From contig OZ231126.1 of NCBI GenBank assembly GCA_965153355.1, forward strand, positions 23,436,001 to 23,500,000: a stretch of DNA of 64,000 nucleotides, written 5' to 3'. The translations under genes and the position numbers were made by a program. The notes under the pieces were generated by a model, which worked only from the letters and a program-made list of their open reading frames with translations, was not told the DNA's origin and made no database searches. This document shows positions 1-19,018 of this stretch, one piece after another. Source of the stretch: Flaccisagitta enflata. Taxonomy: Eukaryota. Numbering within the stretch: position 1 is the stretch's first letter; every line of letters starts with the position of its first letter.

Positions 1-106
1 TTTTTATTTTTGGACCTCACTGCTCCTGTCCAAATGGTCTAGTGACCTCAAATATGGCCCCTGCCCACCCGCACGCGACTTTGGTAGCCGTGTATTCGGC
101 CTTGTT
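1..106 (+). mobile_element. 3' part of a Helentron-type non-autonomous element (HINE/DINE-1-like, subfamily A)
   Basis: Ends ...GCACGCGACT (3' subTIR) ... GCCGTGTATTCGGC (stem-loop) CTTGTT. Matches the reverse complement of the copies at 3345, 29353 and 39707. Confidence 0.75.
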
Positions 107-594
107 TATCAGTTTTTGAGTCGTCCTTAACTATAGATAGTGAATCTATAAAAAAATTTCAATTTTTTCACAGAAAATTTTTGGTAAAAATAAAAGCGGT
201 CCAAAATTAAAATCAGTTTATTGTAAATAATTTTAAATGTACAAAAAATGTACACAAATCATAATAAAAAAAAAATTCTCCTGCGCCATGTCTTATTGGC
301 AAAAAAAAGAAATTTTACCCTGAGTATACTTTTACAAAAGATATGAGAAAATGAAAAAGTCACTTTTTTTTTGACCACCCGTTAACAAGCATATCATCAT
401 ATCTCATATCTCTCAGTTATCAAGTCAGTTTATTAGACTTTTAGTGTTTTATAAACCAAGCATGATGGCAAAATGCAGAATGATAATAAAATGGGTTGAA
501 ATAGGAAGATTGTATCAAACTCTTATCAAAGCAGGTCAAACATTAAGTCAATTATTACCAAACACCGAGCAAATAGATCTCCCAAGACATGAGA

Positions 595-1327
595 CATGTA
601 GGTTTTAAGAATGCAATGATTATCAAAACTATTGTCAGCAAGAGAACCTCTCACTTTGGAAACAGACAGTCAAGCTGCATTGAAGGCTCTATCTGTCTCA
701 ATGAAAGTGGGAGAGCAAGTTGATGTGTTTTGTTGAACTTTCAAGACACAAAGTATTTGCCTTTTTATTTCATGTATATGATCCCATATCTGATGTCTTT
801 TGCATCGATAAACTTAGTTTTTATTTGCGAAATTCATAGGTTTATTTGTCTTTCAAATATTAATTTCTCTGTATTTCCAAGCCTAGATGATACCCAGTAT
901 ATGCTATAAAGAAATTTAGCATTGATAGTCTGAATACGAGATGAACTTAACTGAAAGGATGAAAAGGACAATATGGATTGAGAAAGATAATTGAAAATAT
1001 CAAAGAGGCAGAAAAATAAACAATCATTGACTTGGGTCTTATGACCTAGTTGAAGATACATTGAGATTCTGAATCCTGACCTACTCATGCATTAATTGTT
1101 GCAGAGTAAAAATGCACAAATGTATTTGCAGGCATTACTTTGTAAAAAAATGTTGTCTTACAAACATATCTTCAATCAATAGGAGTGTTTCAAAAGATTT
1201 ATTGAATCAAATCTTACTTCTTTTATTTTAACTATTTTAACTAGTTAATTTGGTCTAGTTAACTACAGCCTTTTTCAGAAAATTAACTAGTTAACTAACT
1301 AGTTAAAGTTAACTACTTCGAGCCCTA
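595..1327 (-). pseudogene. Degraded hAT transposon remnant with transposase C-terminal dimerization-motif fragment
   Basis: Minus strand 726->595 reads TSTCSPTFIETDRAFNAA*LSVSKVRGSLADNSFDNHCILKTY, resembling the hAT motif PTSVxxERxFSxAGxxxxxxRxxL. A TAGGGCTCGAAG terminus at 1327 is followed by TTAACTAGTTAA subterminal repeats (about 1237-1315). The other end was not located. Confidence 0.6.
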
Positions 1328-1401
1328 GGTCTTCTGATTGATTTGAAATGAATTAGTAGGGATGAAGAGCGACCAAAATGGAAAGGCTAGCATGATTATT
1401 G

Positions 1402-1507
<106 letters not shown>

Positions 1508-1650
1508 GACAGATAGACAAACAGGGCGATCGAAACAGAAAGGCAAGCATGATTAAGACGGCTTTCTTTGGCATATACTGACAGAATTTTATTGTTTTGA
1601 CTCCGGGGTCGGGTGATTAAGTTAATATGCATTTTACTAAAACATAAATA

Positions 1651-1814
1651 GTCGTGGGTGGGCAGAAGCAGTGCTAGAGAAATTCACTGGGTCATCGGGC
1701 AGGAGCTGTATGCTCAAAAAGCTCAAAAACGCCAAAAAAGTAAAAAGGGGACCGACCAACCAACCGACGGACTGACATAGCAGGGCGTAGAGTCGCGTAG
1801 CACGCGACTGAAAA
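1651..1814 (-). mobile_element. HINE-like element, subfamily A (diverged)
   Basis: GGGCAGGAGC core, (GACC/AACC)n stretch and terminal hairpin AGTCGCGTAGCACGCGACT before an A run. Confidence 0.65.
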
Positions 1815-2044
1815 TCGGAATTTAAGTCAGTATGACAGCAAAAAGTTCCCTGGTATCGTGAGATTGATGCAATAGCACCCAGTAATATTTGTTTCTTGTA
1901 GTCATTTAAAGGCCGGCTTTTTTTTTCAGTTCAATTAAAACCAATTGTCATTTTTTGTTTTAATATGCTTCATGATCAATTAGTAAAAGTTCTTAATTAT
2001 TGAGTTTTTTTAAACCAACAAAGAAAATGCACAGAAACACTATA

Positions 2045-2218
2045 CAGCAGAGCTTCACTAGAGCGCACCCGTCAATAAGGGATGTCCGCTTATAAGGTAT
2101 CCAACTTATTGTCCCATGAGAGATTTTGTAGTAAATTGTACAATGGCAATAAGGCAGCTTCACTATAAGGCATAATTTTACTCCGTCCCTTGAAATGCGC
2201 TCTAGTGAAGCTCAACTG
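2045..2218. mobile_element. Tc1/mariner (pogo/Tigger-like) MITE
   Basis: TIRs CAGCAGAGCTTCACTAGAGCGCA / TGCGCTCTAGTGAAGCTCAACTG, flanked by TA on both sides. Related copies at about 37643-37783 and 20943-21352. Confidence 0.75.
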
Positions 2219-2424
2219 TAATAGATATAACAAGAGGGGGTTCTGTAGAAGAGAGGGGGGCCCCGCCTCCCAGTCAAGCCTAGGGCCCCGTTTTTTGTTA
2301 ATCCGCCTTAGGCCATGGGGATCAAAAAATTGACCTGAGAACATTTTTGACGGTCCAAGTTAATTACTTAGGTCAATGATGGTTTAGACTCAAATGGACG
2401 AGAGGAAATAACTATGTTTATATA

Positions 2425-3024
2425 CTACCTTGATCAAAAGTCTTCGTCCACCTATTATTACTAATAAATATGCATCAAAACAAAATAAATGTAAAAAATT
2501 ATTGAGATTCAGAAACTAGATAAAAAAATCTTTCAGATGCAACCAATCTGGTCACTGTAGCTTTGACCGTTTAGAAATGTGAGTATTTTGAATGTGACGA
2601 ACTACTTTTGAAAATGCAGAAAAAAATTTACCAGTTTTATTTCATTGGTTTAATGATAAAAATAATAGATGTTTGAGCTATTTTATGCCAGAAAAAGTCA
2701 ATCATCTTGCATATTGGATAAAAATGAGCCTTTGTGGCTTAAAAAGTTGGTTATCTAATCAATAGTAAATCAGGAATGATGTGTTTTAGACATAATACTG
2801 CTTTGATAGAAAATCTTAAATTTTTTTCAAAAACAGTTTGATAAGCTTTAAGAAAATTATCTAAAATGACACAATAAATAGTTTCCAAGATATCAATAAG
2901 CACTTATTATTCCAGAAAGAACTCATACAAAGTGTAAGTGAAAAAAAAAATCAATGCATTTTTAAGTGTTCTATGAATAAACTAACCTTTTCCCTGAGTG
3001 GACAAAGACTTTTGATCAAGGTAG
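2425..3024. mobile_element. Tc1/mariner-type MITE
   Basis: 27-bp TIRs CTACCTTGATCAAAAGTCTT(C/T)GTCCAC with one mismatch, and TA on both flanks. Confidence 0.85.
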
Positions 3025-3344
3025 TATATGTGAGAGCTGTTATCCCCTACGCCCATGCAGTCAAAGACCCTTTACTGAATCAACAGATCAGCAAACGCAA
3101 TCAGCGCCTCTTTTACTACTGTCTTTGTATATATCTGTTCGTCCATCTGTCTCTCCATATATGTCAAATGTTTAGCGCCAAATTTTATTTACACGTGGAC
3201 ACAGTCCAAACTCATCATTGCCTGGTCGGGCTTGTTCACTAGATTCAATGTTACGGTAATATATATTTTTTTTTGATCTAGCGTATTGTCAAATGGATTT
3301 TCATTAAATTTTTTCAATCTATTGCCATTCCTCTCCACAAGATG

Positions 3345-3554
3345 AACAAGGCTGGATACACGGCTACCTAAGTCGCGTGCGGGTGGGCAGGGGCCATATT
3401 TGCGGTCGCTTTATCATTTGGGCAGGAGCAGTGAGGCTAAAGACCGCAAAAAAAACCAAAAAAGTAAAGTGTGACGGACGGACGGACGGACCAACGGACC
3501 AACGGATGGACCGACAAAGCGGTTTGTAGAGTCGCATAGCACGCGACTAAAAAA
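3345..3554 (-). mobile_element. HINE-like element, subfamily A (full length)
   Basis: AACAAGG stem-loop end, AGTCGCGTGC subTIR, (ACGG)n microsatellite and terminal hairpin ending GCACGCGACTAAAA. Confidence 0.8.
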
Positions 3555-5199
3555 GCAAACCAACCATTTGGGTGGGAGCTATAGTGCATTAGCCTCCTGT
3601 GAACACAGGAAACGCTAAGCATGACCAACAAACATAGCGGGTTATGCAAGCGACTGTAATAGCTTTTAACCACATAGAATTTCGATTGCAATATAGACTG
3701 GCAGCGTCAAGTTTTAACGGTTTTCAGTCGCTTGCAAAGCTACTATATTGGAGGGTTTGTCCCTTGTTAGGTATTTTGGTTGGCCTTGTTTTTCAAGATA
3801 TCAGATCAAAATATGAGCCCGAATTTCACGCGATCTCAGGATAAGTAATAAGAAATGTGGTCACAGCACCACATTTGGATTTCTGATCTACGTCATTCAT
3901 TAATGACAAACCTTGAACTCGATCGGAAGATGCCGTTTCTAAATTTTGGTCATACCCAAACTGAAAAAAAGTAGAGAAGCCAGGAGGCGGAGAGAATTTC
4001 TTGAACGCTTGAAATTTTCAAGAAATCATAAAACGACAACCGCTTTAGATGAAGCCCTAATTCTTTTTTTTAAGTTAATCGTATGAACCTCAGGCACTTT
4101 TGGGACACATAAGTGTGACTTGTGTGACCGTGGCAGGTCCGACCGGCAAGTGTGTGATGGCATCTCTAAACGATTTGATGCACAGAGACGAGATTACGCT
4201 CAGATTTTTTGAAGTAGATTAAAAAACTCAAAAATTTTATCTGCTTACCTGAAAGAGAAGTTAAGATATCTCTCTTTAGAGGTGTAGCTAAACATATTTC
4301 CTAGATAGTATTTAGTAGTAGTTTTTGGTAGAAAGTCGTTTCGATTTGGTTTCAATTCAGATGATGCCTAGTTCAGCCATGATGTCATAATGGCATTGTC
4401 AAAATTGCCATTGCCGATTTTTCCCATGTTTATGTTTCCAAAAATTGTCCTTCATGTCAAGGCATTTAACGCACCCTGAGAGGAAAGAAAATAGCAAACT
4501 TGACAGATATTTGTAGGGTAGAGTATTAAAAAGTAAACCGACTCAGAGAGTGCGCAGTTTTTGCCCCGAACAGTTGAATGAGATGAAGCAAAAAATCAAT
4601 TTTGTCATTGTTGCCCTTGAGTATTGACTAATCACCATTAAACGATGTCGACTGGACATTAGAGCCGTAATCACGAGATGTAATGTTCCAAATTCATGAA
4701 ATAAGGCTCATTGATTTATTTTGGGGGAGTTTTTTATGGGTTTTGAAAGCAGTTGTTAGACTTGATCGGTACTTAAGTATTCGCTTTCCACCTTATTTTT
4801 GCGTATGTGTTAACTGACTAAATTCTTTCTATGCGTTGCAGGAATTCGTTTATTTATGATTTACTTAATAGATTCATTCACGGTACATTTGCCTGAAAGC
4901 TAAACAGAAAAGCTGGATAGTATTTAATCTGTTTCTACGATTTAGGTCGATAAAAGTTAGACATGATTAAGTTAGACCACCGACATTTTTTCAATGAATG
5001 TCTCAATTCATTGAGATAGAAACACTTCACTGGAAAGCCCTGGAAGCCACTGCATTGCCCTGATGCTTTCTGACAATCAATCTAACAAACAAATAAACAA
5101 ACAAACAAATAAACAAAGACAAACAAAAACAAACAAATAGACGAATAGTCAGACAAAAAAAATGAACAACACAACAACACAACAACACTTACACACACC

Positions 5200-5328
<129 letters not shown>

Positions 5329-6132
5329 CCTCTGGTCATCCGGGAGAGCAATCAAATGTTTTTCAAGGGCAGCTTAACATCGTATGCGTATGGGCAAGGG
5401 CGGTGATGAAAATGAAAGTATATTTATAGCAATTAGGCAGGGGCAGTTAATGCAAATGAAGCCTAGTGAGGCTAATCGACGGAAGAATGGACCGACCGAC
5501 TTGAACGGCACTCAATCTGATACTACTGGATGGCCTGGACTCAAATCAAATAGTTATATAGTCCAGTACGACATCCATCCCGCCATCCAAAATGTTTTCC
5601 CCGGTAGACGTAGACAAATAAATTGGATTAACAATTGAGATTGAAATAATTTGACCTTTCAGCTGTTTTATCTTCTCTGTTTTTAGATTTAAGTTGTATT
5701 TCTTATTTGCGGCTTTTTTTTTTTTTTTTTTTTTTTTTTGGTCTACAGCGAAGCTTTTTCATTCGGCGGCAGTTTTCATCTTTTTCGTCTCCTTCATTTT
5801 CTCTCAGACATGGCAGCTGAGCACGAGGAAAAGAAGGAAATTAAAGAGAGAGAGGAAGACGAAACCGCGGCGCTGAGGCGGCGAATGGTGACTGACGCTG
5901 CTGTAAAAGCGCTTCTGCCGCCGCTGATGATGTCAACGGTGTCAAAAGATCCCATCAATTCCATTTGCAGACTCGGAGAGGAACCAAATTGAACAAAATA
6001 CGAAAATTTGGAGTGAGAATGAGAAGATGGCCGACAAGGCGAGAAGATTCATGTTCCAGGGCTGCTGACTTACAGGAGGGAAATGAAAGTTAATAAGCAA
6101 AAGAAAATAATCTAAAGAAATAGATGAAAGAA

Positions 6133-6138
<6 letters not shown>

Positions 6139-6216
<78 letters not shown>

Positions 6217-6235
6217 AAGACAGAAGAAAAAGCGT

Positions 6236-6298
<63 letters not shown>
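6139..6298. repeat. (GA)n followed by (GAAA)n microsatellites
   Basis: Direct reading. Other long (GA)/(CT) runs at about 13319-13510, 28900-28985, 40593-40688, 41091-41186, 51439-51619, 55395-55498, 56305-56408 and 61732-61841. Confidence 0.95.
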
Positions 6299-6301
<3 letters not shown>

Positions 6302-7960
6302 CAACCAAACATCAAACGGAGAAACCAAAAGGAAGATCAAACAAACAAATCAGAATTAAAGAAATGAATGTGAATGAATGTGATTTCACCTCTCTTTAAA
6401 GATAAACCTGAGATAAAGGTGAAAAATCTTCAGTTCCAATGGGACCGATGAGGCGGGGTCCCACTGTATGATAAAATTGCTTCTTGAGGGAGAAAGACTG
6501 ACAGACAGACAGACAGAAAGACAGAAAGAGAGAAAGAAGAAGGAAAAACAGTTTGATTGTTTCGGATATCTTATCAATTCTTAACTGGTTTGCAACTGTT
6601 TACAGAAACAAGGCCGGATACACAGGTCACGTGCGGATTGACAGGGGCAGTGAGGAAAAAAGATATTATATCATATCATATTTGAGCAAGCGTAGCGTAA
6701 AAAACACCTGTAAACGCTTGTTGAAAAAAAAACAACATTTTTTTGAGAAAATAAAGATTGAACCTCCTCGAAGGATTTGATTTCTATTTTCACTTAGAGA
6801 AGAAGTCAAGGGACATAAATCGTAATATTGAAGAGGTAATTAGAAAACTTGAAAGAAATACCGCTAAAAGAAATTTCGTTTGAAGTTTTGAGGACTTATT
6901 TAAGCCTTCCATTCGCTCCCTGCCAAGTTCTGTTAGAAATACACCCTGAAGCAGGATTTCATATTCAGGTACATTGATCAAATGATCTATGCCTTCATTA
7001 TCAAAGAGTGAATAAAATATTGTCCTCAAACATTTGGAATATATGTGATTAATTGTAAGCTTTGTTCAAAGGGTAATCGACTAGTATACTTTTGCCTACC
7101 ACCCAGATATTGTTGCATATTGGTGCAACTGAACTGTCAGGTAAAATTGTTACAAGTGATGAAAACGATGATTGGCCGATCGCCTATTTGGTCTTGAAAC
7201 ACTATTGTGCACTGTTGTTAAAAAGGAACGTTTTCGTCGCGTGAACGGAAATCCATACCGGAAGGGAGATGTACGAAAAGCTATACGGCCAGGCCACCAG
7301 ATTGGGCACCTGCACTTTGGCCAGTAATCTGTTAGTCGATCATCTGGTTAAACGGTCTTTCACTTGAGAACCCTCTGCCTTTCCCTCCCCCCCCCCCCCG
7401 CGACTAAGTGTAAAGAATTACTGAGGAGTGTTACCACATTATATACGCAGATTATTTGGTAAGCACTGACACCTTTCTAATGAGCTCCTTCCGTCGATCC
7501 GCTCATCTGTCCATCAACTGTCCGTTCAAAAATCCGGATTTTGCTTTCGAGGAAGAATCTACTCTTCTGTTCTTAGAAGAATACGTTTTTCGTCAAAAAA
7601 AGAAAAAAAAAAGAGAGACAAGAGACATTCATGAATTTGATTTCTTTCAAGGAATAAGAAAATAAGAGTAATTGATTGAATCATAATTGGAAAATGCATT
7701 AAACAAAGTGACTGAAATGAAAAGTATAGGGCCATGATCTTTTGAAAAGTGTATGTATACAGTTATAACCCACTACTGTATACGGGACCCAAGAGTAACG
7801 GATATCCGCCTACAACAAAAATCAAATCTTAATCTCTTAACGGTTTTTTTTTTTTGCTTGTACATTGGCATTAACAGAATTCCATCTATGACGGAGGAAA
7901 TTTTTAGGTCTCTTGACATCCGTTATTGCGGGGTTCATCTGTATATCCATTAATCCATGT

Positions 7961-12994
<5,034 letters not shown>

Positions 12995-13314
12995 TTTCGT
13001 TTTGTGAAAATCATGATATTGAAAATCGAGGATTTGAGCAATTTAAAAAGCTGAACAGTTCTTTTTTTATTTTTGGATGGTGATGAAGAAAAACAGGATT
13101 TTATCGTCATCAGACGTCAAGATTTGCCGATTTCTTTCCTTCGCTATTTTCCCGTTAAGGTTGAAAGAATTCAGTTTGGTCCAAAATTCTGACTTCGATT
13201 ATTGACCACCATCCCAACCCGCCAAAACATTTACTCTGACACACGTGATCGTGAGAACCAGGTGCAAACTCGTCTCATTCCTTTTGTCGCTCGGAACTGA
13301 ACGAAACTGAGAAC

Positions 13315-13515
<201 letters not shown>

Positions 13516-13633
13516 TAGACAGACAGACAGACACACAGTCAGAGAGAGAGAGACAGAGATATAGACAGAGAGAGAGCTCAAACCCGGACAGAGTGACATC
13601 GGCATGAACAAGAAATCCGTAAGATAACATGAG

Positions 13634-13814
13634 AACAAGGCCAAGTAGGCCGATAAGGTGCGACATGTGGATCGTCGAACGAATTATACGAGTTATAGAG
13701 GTGCTTTGTCGCACCTAAAAAGTGAGAAATGATGGTTAAATCATCAACGTCGATGTTATAGAGGTGCTTTGTCGCACCTAAAAAGTGAGAAAGGATGGTT
13801 AAATCGTCAACGTC
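13634..13814 (-). mobile_element. Internally deleted HINE-like element (subfamily C) with a tandem duplication of its end
   Basis: AACAAGGCCAAGTAGGCC..AGGTGCGAC..GTCGCACCTAAAAA matches 54555-54690 and 58157-58291. The segment GTTATAGAGG...CAACGTC occurs twice in tandem (about 13691 and 13755). Confidence 0.65.
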
Positions 13815-13815
13815 C

Positions 13816-13925
<110 letters not shown>

Positions 13926-14288
13926 GCAGCATTACTTACAGTTGAGCGACATGAGACACACGGACTCAAAACCAACGTTTCATGTAATCCCCGATTTTAT
14001 CGTGTGAAAGTGGAAACTAAAAGAGCGAAGTGGTTTCAAACGTGGTTGTCGTCGTCGCCATCGTCGTCATCGTCACCGTCGTCGTCATCGTCTTCGTCAT
14101 CGTAATCGACTGGTCAGCGCAGTGGCCAGTTTTACTTCACGTGCCTTGAGAGTTTCCACCCGCAGTAAACGGTTAGCGGTGCCTTTCAAGTTTCGCCCAC
14201 GCATCTCTTTGAGTCTATTAGTCTGTACATCATAGCACTGGTCAGATGCAGAGGAATTGGTTGAGTATTTTTGGTTTAAGTATGTTGC

Positions 14289-14490
14289 TTTTTAGTTGTG
14301 GACACGTAACTCCATAAGAGGCTTTGTACGTCGGTCCCTCCGTCCGTCCATCCGCCAGCACGAGTCTAAAAGTGGGAAAACGAGTGTTTTTGAATAATTT
14401 TTGCATTTGTTTGAGTGGGTGTGAGGGTTGAGGTGTGGATGGTGGTTGGATCACCCGTCCGCGACGATATTTGACCCAGTGACACTTGTT
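14289..14490 (+). mobile_element. HINE-like element, subfamily B
   Basis: TTTTTAGTTGTGGACACGTAACT hairpin start, AAAAGTGGGAAAACGAG core and CACTTGTT end. Homologous to 20422-20657. Confidence 0.7.
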
Positions 14491-16665
14491 GTTCATATGT
14501 ATGTGTTATTTGTCGATTTCAGATCTGGTATCTGTACTTGAGTGTGCTTATCATACAAGACAAGGAAACGCTATGAAGGACAAAAAAAAAAAAAAAAGAT
14601 CACGAAAATCGGTACAAAATAAAACAATAAAGAAGTTTTATACATATATTTTTGTAGAAAGCATAGATAGAGTTTTAGTGAGCAAAGATTTTTTTTTCTT
14701 TTGGCATCTTTTTGCATCTTGAGAAAGATGAAGTTAGTCCAATGAAGCTAGAATCCGAGTGGAACGACTCTTGAGAAGAGAACAGGATGTTTCTTCGGCA
14801 CCACCGATCTAAAACACCCAAGCACAAATCAAGATTCCTAATGCATTTTCTTTTGTTAATACAGTGGAACCCCACAATAACAGATCTGCTTTTAAAGGTT
14901 CCCCATAAATAAAGGTCTAAAATGATAGTTTTTAGTGTGATATCATTTTCCTTTTAAGGTGAACTAAAGATAAAGGTGAATAATCTTCAATCCCAAGCCA
15001 ATGGGACTGATGCGGCGGGGTCCTGGTGTATTGAGGTTTTTATTAAACAGATTTAAAAGTGTGTTGTTTATTCATTCATCTATTATTGTTTTATCTGTTT
15101 TTTGTTCATTTAATTTTCTTTAAACTCATACCAGTTATCTAGTTCTGATTTCTATTTTGATAACAGTTTCATTTCTATCTGTAAACATTGCTTGCTATAT
15201 CTCAATATCAACAGTAAAAAATGAAAATAGTATAAACTTTTGCATTCTAAGATTATTGGACAAACTAAGAAAAAAATATTGTTGTCTATATTCAAAAAAA
15301 AAAATTTACTTTTCAAAAAATAAAATCATGAAAAAAAATATTTTTTGTTGATTATCAAATTCTTATAGAAAATACAAAAAAGTCAAATTTCAAGAAATTT
15401 GGGTTTCGGGTTGGGTAGTGCCGACGGGCATTTACTACGTGGATAAGGGGGATATATAATGTGGATAACGGGCGCTTTTGAACCCATTTCCAGGCAGCTG
15501 CTTCCATTTATGGTTTCTAACGCGAGGAGGCGACGTTCAAACGCCGCTTCTGGAAGAACATTCGCCACGCAATGAAAGCGCCGCAATGACTACGCCACGC
15601 CGCGCCGCTTGGCGGCGTCACGCCGATTTACAGCGACGACAACGCCGCTGGTAAATTGGATGATAACGAGAAGGGACGTCAGCTAACGCCCTCGATGTCA
15701 TACAGTGCTCACTCTCAGAGACTGTTTCTATGAAAAATAGCGGAAGAAAAAAAAGATAGAAGGTGAGTATATTTTGTTCATTTCATTCCCCTTCCCCTCA
15801 ACAGGAAATTTACATTGTCAATGTTTAGAAAACAAGTAATGATAGCGAATTCTTTTTCTTTTCTTTTTTTTTGGCTCAATCAAAATTTGCTGTTAATAAA
15901 ACACAGATGAGAGTCGGGCGTCCCTTCCACCTTTGGTTGCCTTACATCGCTGAGTCGACGACGCCGCCGCTGTTCCGCCGATCGGAGAATGACTCCGGGC
16001 GACGCCGGATTACAACGCCGTTAAAGTAACGAGGACGCGCCGCTTTGGATGGAATAACCCGGCGCAGACGTTATAACGACAGCCGTTTATGTATAGAAAT
16101 TGCCCGAATTCGGGTCCCGGAAGCGCAAGGGCTGGTTTTAAGGCAAAATAAAGAAAATAAGGCAAAAAATAGTTAAATTCCGTTTTTACTTGCAAGAAAT
16201 GATAAAATTAGGTAGAAAAAAAACTTACAAGCATGTTTTTTTTTGACGCAACAACGTGGAGAAAGTCGCAAAACTTATAAAGATCTCGAGAGCAAACATT
16301 TCTCTCTTTCGCAATGTTGCTCTGTTATTGCTTTCTGGATCGCCGCCAGCATCCACTTTGCACCATCTGTCGTCGTTATCGTCGTCGTTATCGTCGTCGT
16401 CATCGTCGTTAACGTTGTCGTCGTCGTCGTCGTTTTATAAGCGAAGCGTCGGCGGCGAATGCAAGTTTTATGGCGGCAATTACTGTCGGTCAGTAATATC
16501 CTTAGTTAGTTTTATTGATCGCATTAAGAAATTTCATGTGGCCATTGGGATCGCAAAATGGCGTTTTTCAATGGGGCGTGCCGAAGGCGGCAGCGACGGA
16601 AGCGGCAGACGAGGCGGCGGTGGTGGTGGTAGTTGTGGTGGCCTTGGTGGTGGCCGCGGTGGTGG

Positions 16666-16727
<62 letters not shown>

Positions 16728-16909
16728 AGTGGACAGAGAAACAGGCAGAAAGAAGAACAGGAATGCAGGCATTCAGACGTACGGGCAGTTTAATTGCTGT
16801 AAAAAGACAGACACTGTCTAGGACACACGCATAGGCCCAAACACACACACACGCACACAAAGCCACGTACACACACAGCCACATACACACACAGCCACGT
16901 ACACACACA

Positions 16910-17000
<91 letters not shown>

Positions 17001-17585
17001 AAAAACGAACAAACAAACAAACTTTGCGAGGACAACGCAGCAAAAATGAGTCATTTTACATTTTGGAGCAGTGATGCAAAAAAAGTGCGAAAACAAAATT
17101 TTAAGCTCAAGCATATACTAACGGACCAACTAACATTGAGTTTTGCCGTGAGGCGCGGGACAAAATTGGGTTATTATCGTGGGTTGAATTCCTTGCCTCT
17201 GCCGTTAAAGCCGGCATCAGCAGCGACAGGCCATTCTGCCGACAATTCTTGGGCCATGCCGCCGGCAACTCCTCAACCATACTGCCGTCGTAATGATTTC
17301 AAGAACGCGTTATTCGAACAAACGTGAGCGCGTCCCACGAACGAAAGGTCCTCCACCCTCATAAAGGTTTCGCTTTTTACCGGCATCACCGTAATCGCTA
17401 TTTTGCCTCTACGGTCCTACGCTTTACTTTCTCGTCTTCGCTTACTACCATTGAGACTTTTACACGACCCCAAAATACCGTTCATTTTCTCCCAGTATTG
17501 CTTGGTCACATAACGTCGCCGAATATACTAACCCTTACACAGGTTATGTCGATGATGTTGTTGTTGTTGTTGTTGCTGTCGATAA

Positions 17586-17625
<40 letters not shown>

Positions 17626-17702
17626 ATTATTTTTGTTGTTGTTGTTGTTGTTGTTGTTGTCGATTTCGATGTTGATGTTGATGTTGATGTTGATGTTGAT
17701 TC

Positions 17703-17778
<76 letters not shown>

Positions 17779-17864
17779 TATGATTATGATGATGCTGATG
17801 ACGATTATTTACTTTTCGTTGTTATTGAATTAATCGTCGATGTTGTTTTTAAGTTGATGATGAC

Positions 17865-17922
<58 letters not shown>

Positions 17923-18580
17923 CAATGGTGAGTGGGTAATCACAAATCCAAACAGATATTGTTCATCCATCCAACCACCCTCAAACCCCTTTTTTGCCTG
18001 TCACCAAGTCGAGGTGGACTCGACGCCGCGCCGGCTGAGCAACAATTTGGCCGCGCGTCTTTGGATTTACGGTAGTTTGGCGCCAATAAAAGTCGGCGTC
18101 AATGTCCTCGGTCGGCGTCGTCAGTCGGTCGGCGCCATTTACGCCGCGGCGTCGTTGCGACTCACTGCCGGCGCCGTTTTTACCATCGCGCCACGACGCA
18201 GCTGCATGTGCGGCGTTATAAAGCAAGGTCTTGAAGGAACGATGGAAAAGGAGTCTACTCATTACTAACGAGGCCAGATACATGGCTACCCCAGTCGCAT
18301 GCAGGTGGGCAGGGGCCATTTTTGAGGTCACTAAACCCGTTGGACAGGAGCAAGGAGGTCAAAGAATAACCAGTCGCGGACAGAATAGCGAATGAAATGC
18401 TCACATTTTGTTTTGGCTACTGACAGACCTACTTGCCAACCGACCGACTGACCGATCGACACAGCAAGTTCAAGAGTCCGTGACTAAAAACATAAAAAAT
18501 CTAAAATGTGACCGACCGACAGACAGACAGAAAGATACACCAACGGATGGGCGGACAAAACGGGGTGTAGAGCACGGGCA

Positions 18581-19018
18581 ACCCCCTCTGGAGAGCCCCC
18601 CAAAGAAAAACCAAAAAACCCATTCTGGGGACCCTAAGAACTATCATCTAGGATGTCTTGGCTACACAAAATAACATCAGACAAAATCATTTGAAGGCAA
18701 AATTTGAGAAAAAGTCACTTTTTATGCAAAAGTTAGGCATTTTTTGCCATATTTGGCACTTTCACGGTTCATACAGCTTCCAAAACTATAGAAAATATCT
18801 AAAAAGTGTAAGAATAGCTAATGTGTGACTGGTTTTACCTTTTCAAGCTAGTTTGGATGGATATTTCAAAGATTAGAGCAAAGAAAATCAATTTAAACCC
18901 AAAAATCGAGTTTTTTTTCAGCATTCTTTTGCCTAAAATCATTCAAGCTACATAAATATTCTTGGGGTCCCCAGAATGGGTTTTTTGGTTTTTCTTTGGG
19001 GGCTATCCAGAGGGGGGT
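18581..19018. mobile_element. MITE with about 60-bp TIRs inserted into the end of a subfamily-A HINE (HINE from about 18267)
   Basis: ACCCCCTCTGGAGAGCCCCC..AAAGAAAAACCAAAAAACCCATTCTGGGGACCCTAAGAA is mirrored by TTCTTGGGGTCCCCAGAATGGG..CCAGAGGGGGGT. The flanks resemble a split HINE terminus. No TSD resolved. Confidence 0.75.

Noticed and set aside
3345-3554. Interpretation of the dispersed 150-350 bp repeats as tRNA-derived SINEs or RNA genes
   Set aside because: No cloverleaf, pol III boxes or TSDs seen. The subTIR-plus-hairpin layout fits Helentron-type elements better.
5738-5992. Possible exon MAAEHEEKKEIKEREEDE... after a polypyrimidine AG
   Set aside because: No recognisable domain or partner exons, so it cannot be supported as a CDS.
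6790-7029. 79-aa minus-strand ORF (similarly 56684-56875 and 60641-61039)
   Set aside because: No motif, splice context or recognisable homology.
15527-15590. Peptide EATFKRRFWKNIRHAMK resembling the TIR-domain box 3
   Set aside because: Preceded by an in-frame stop, with no suitable acceptor and no other TIR motifs. Probably chance.
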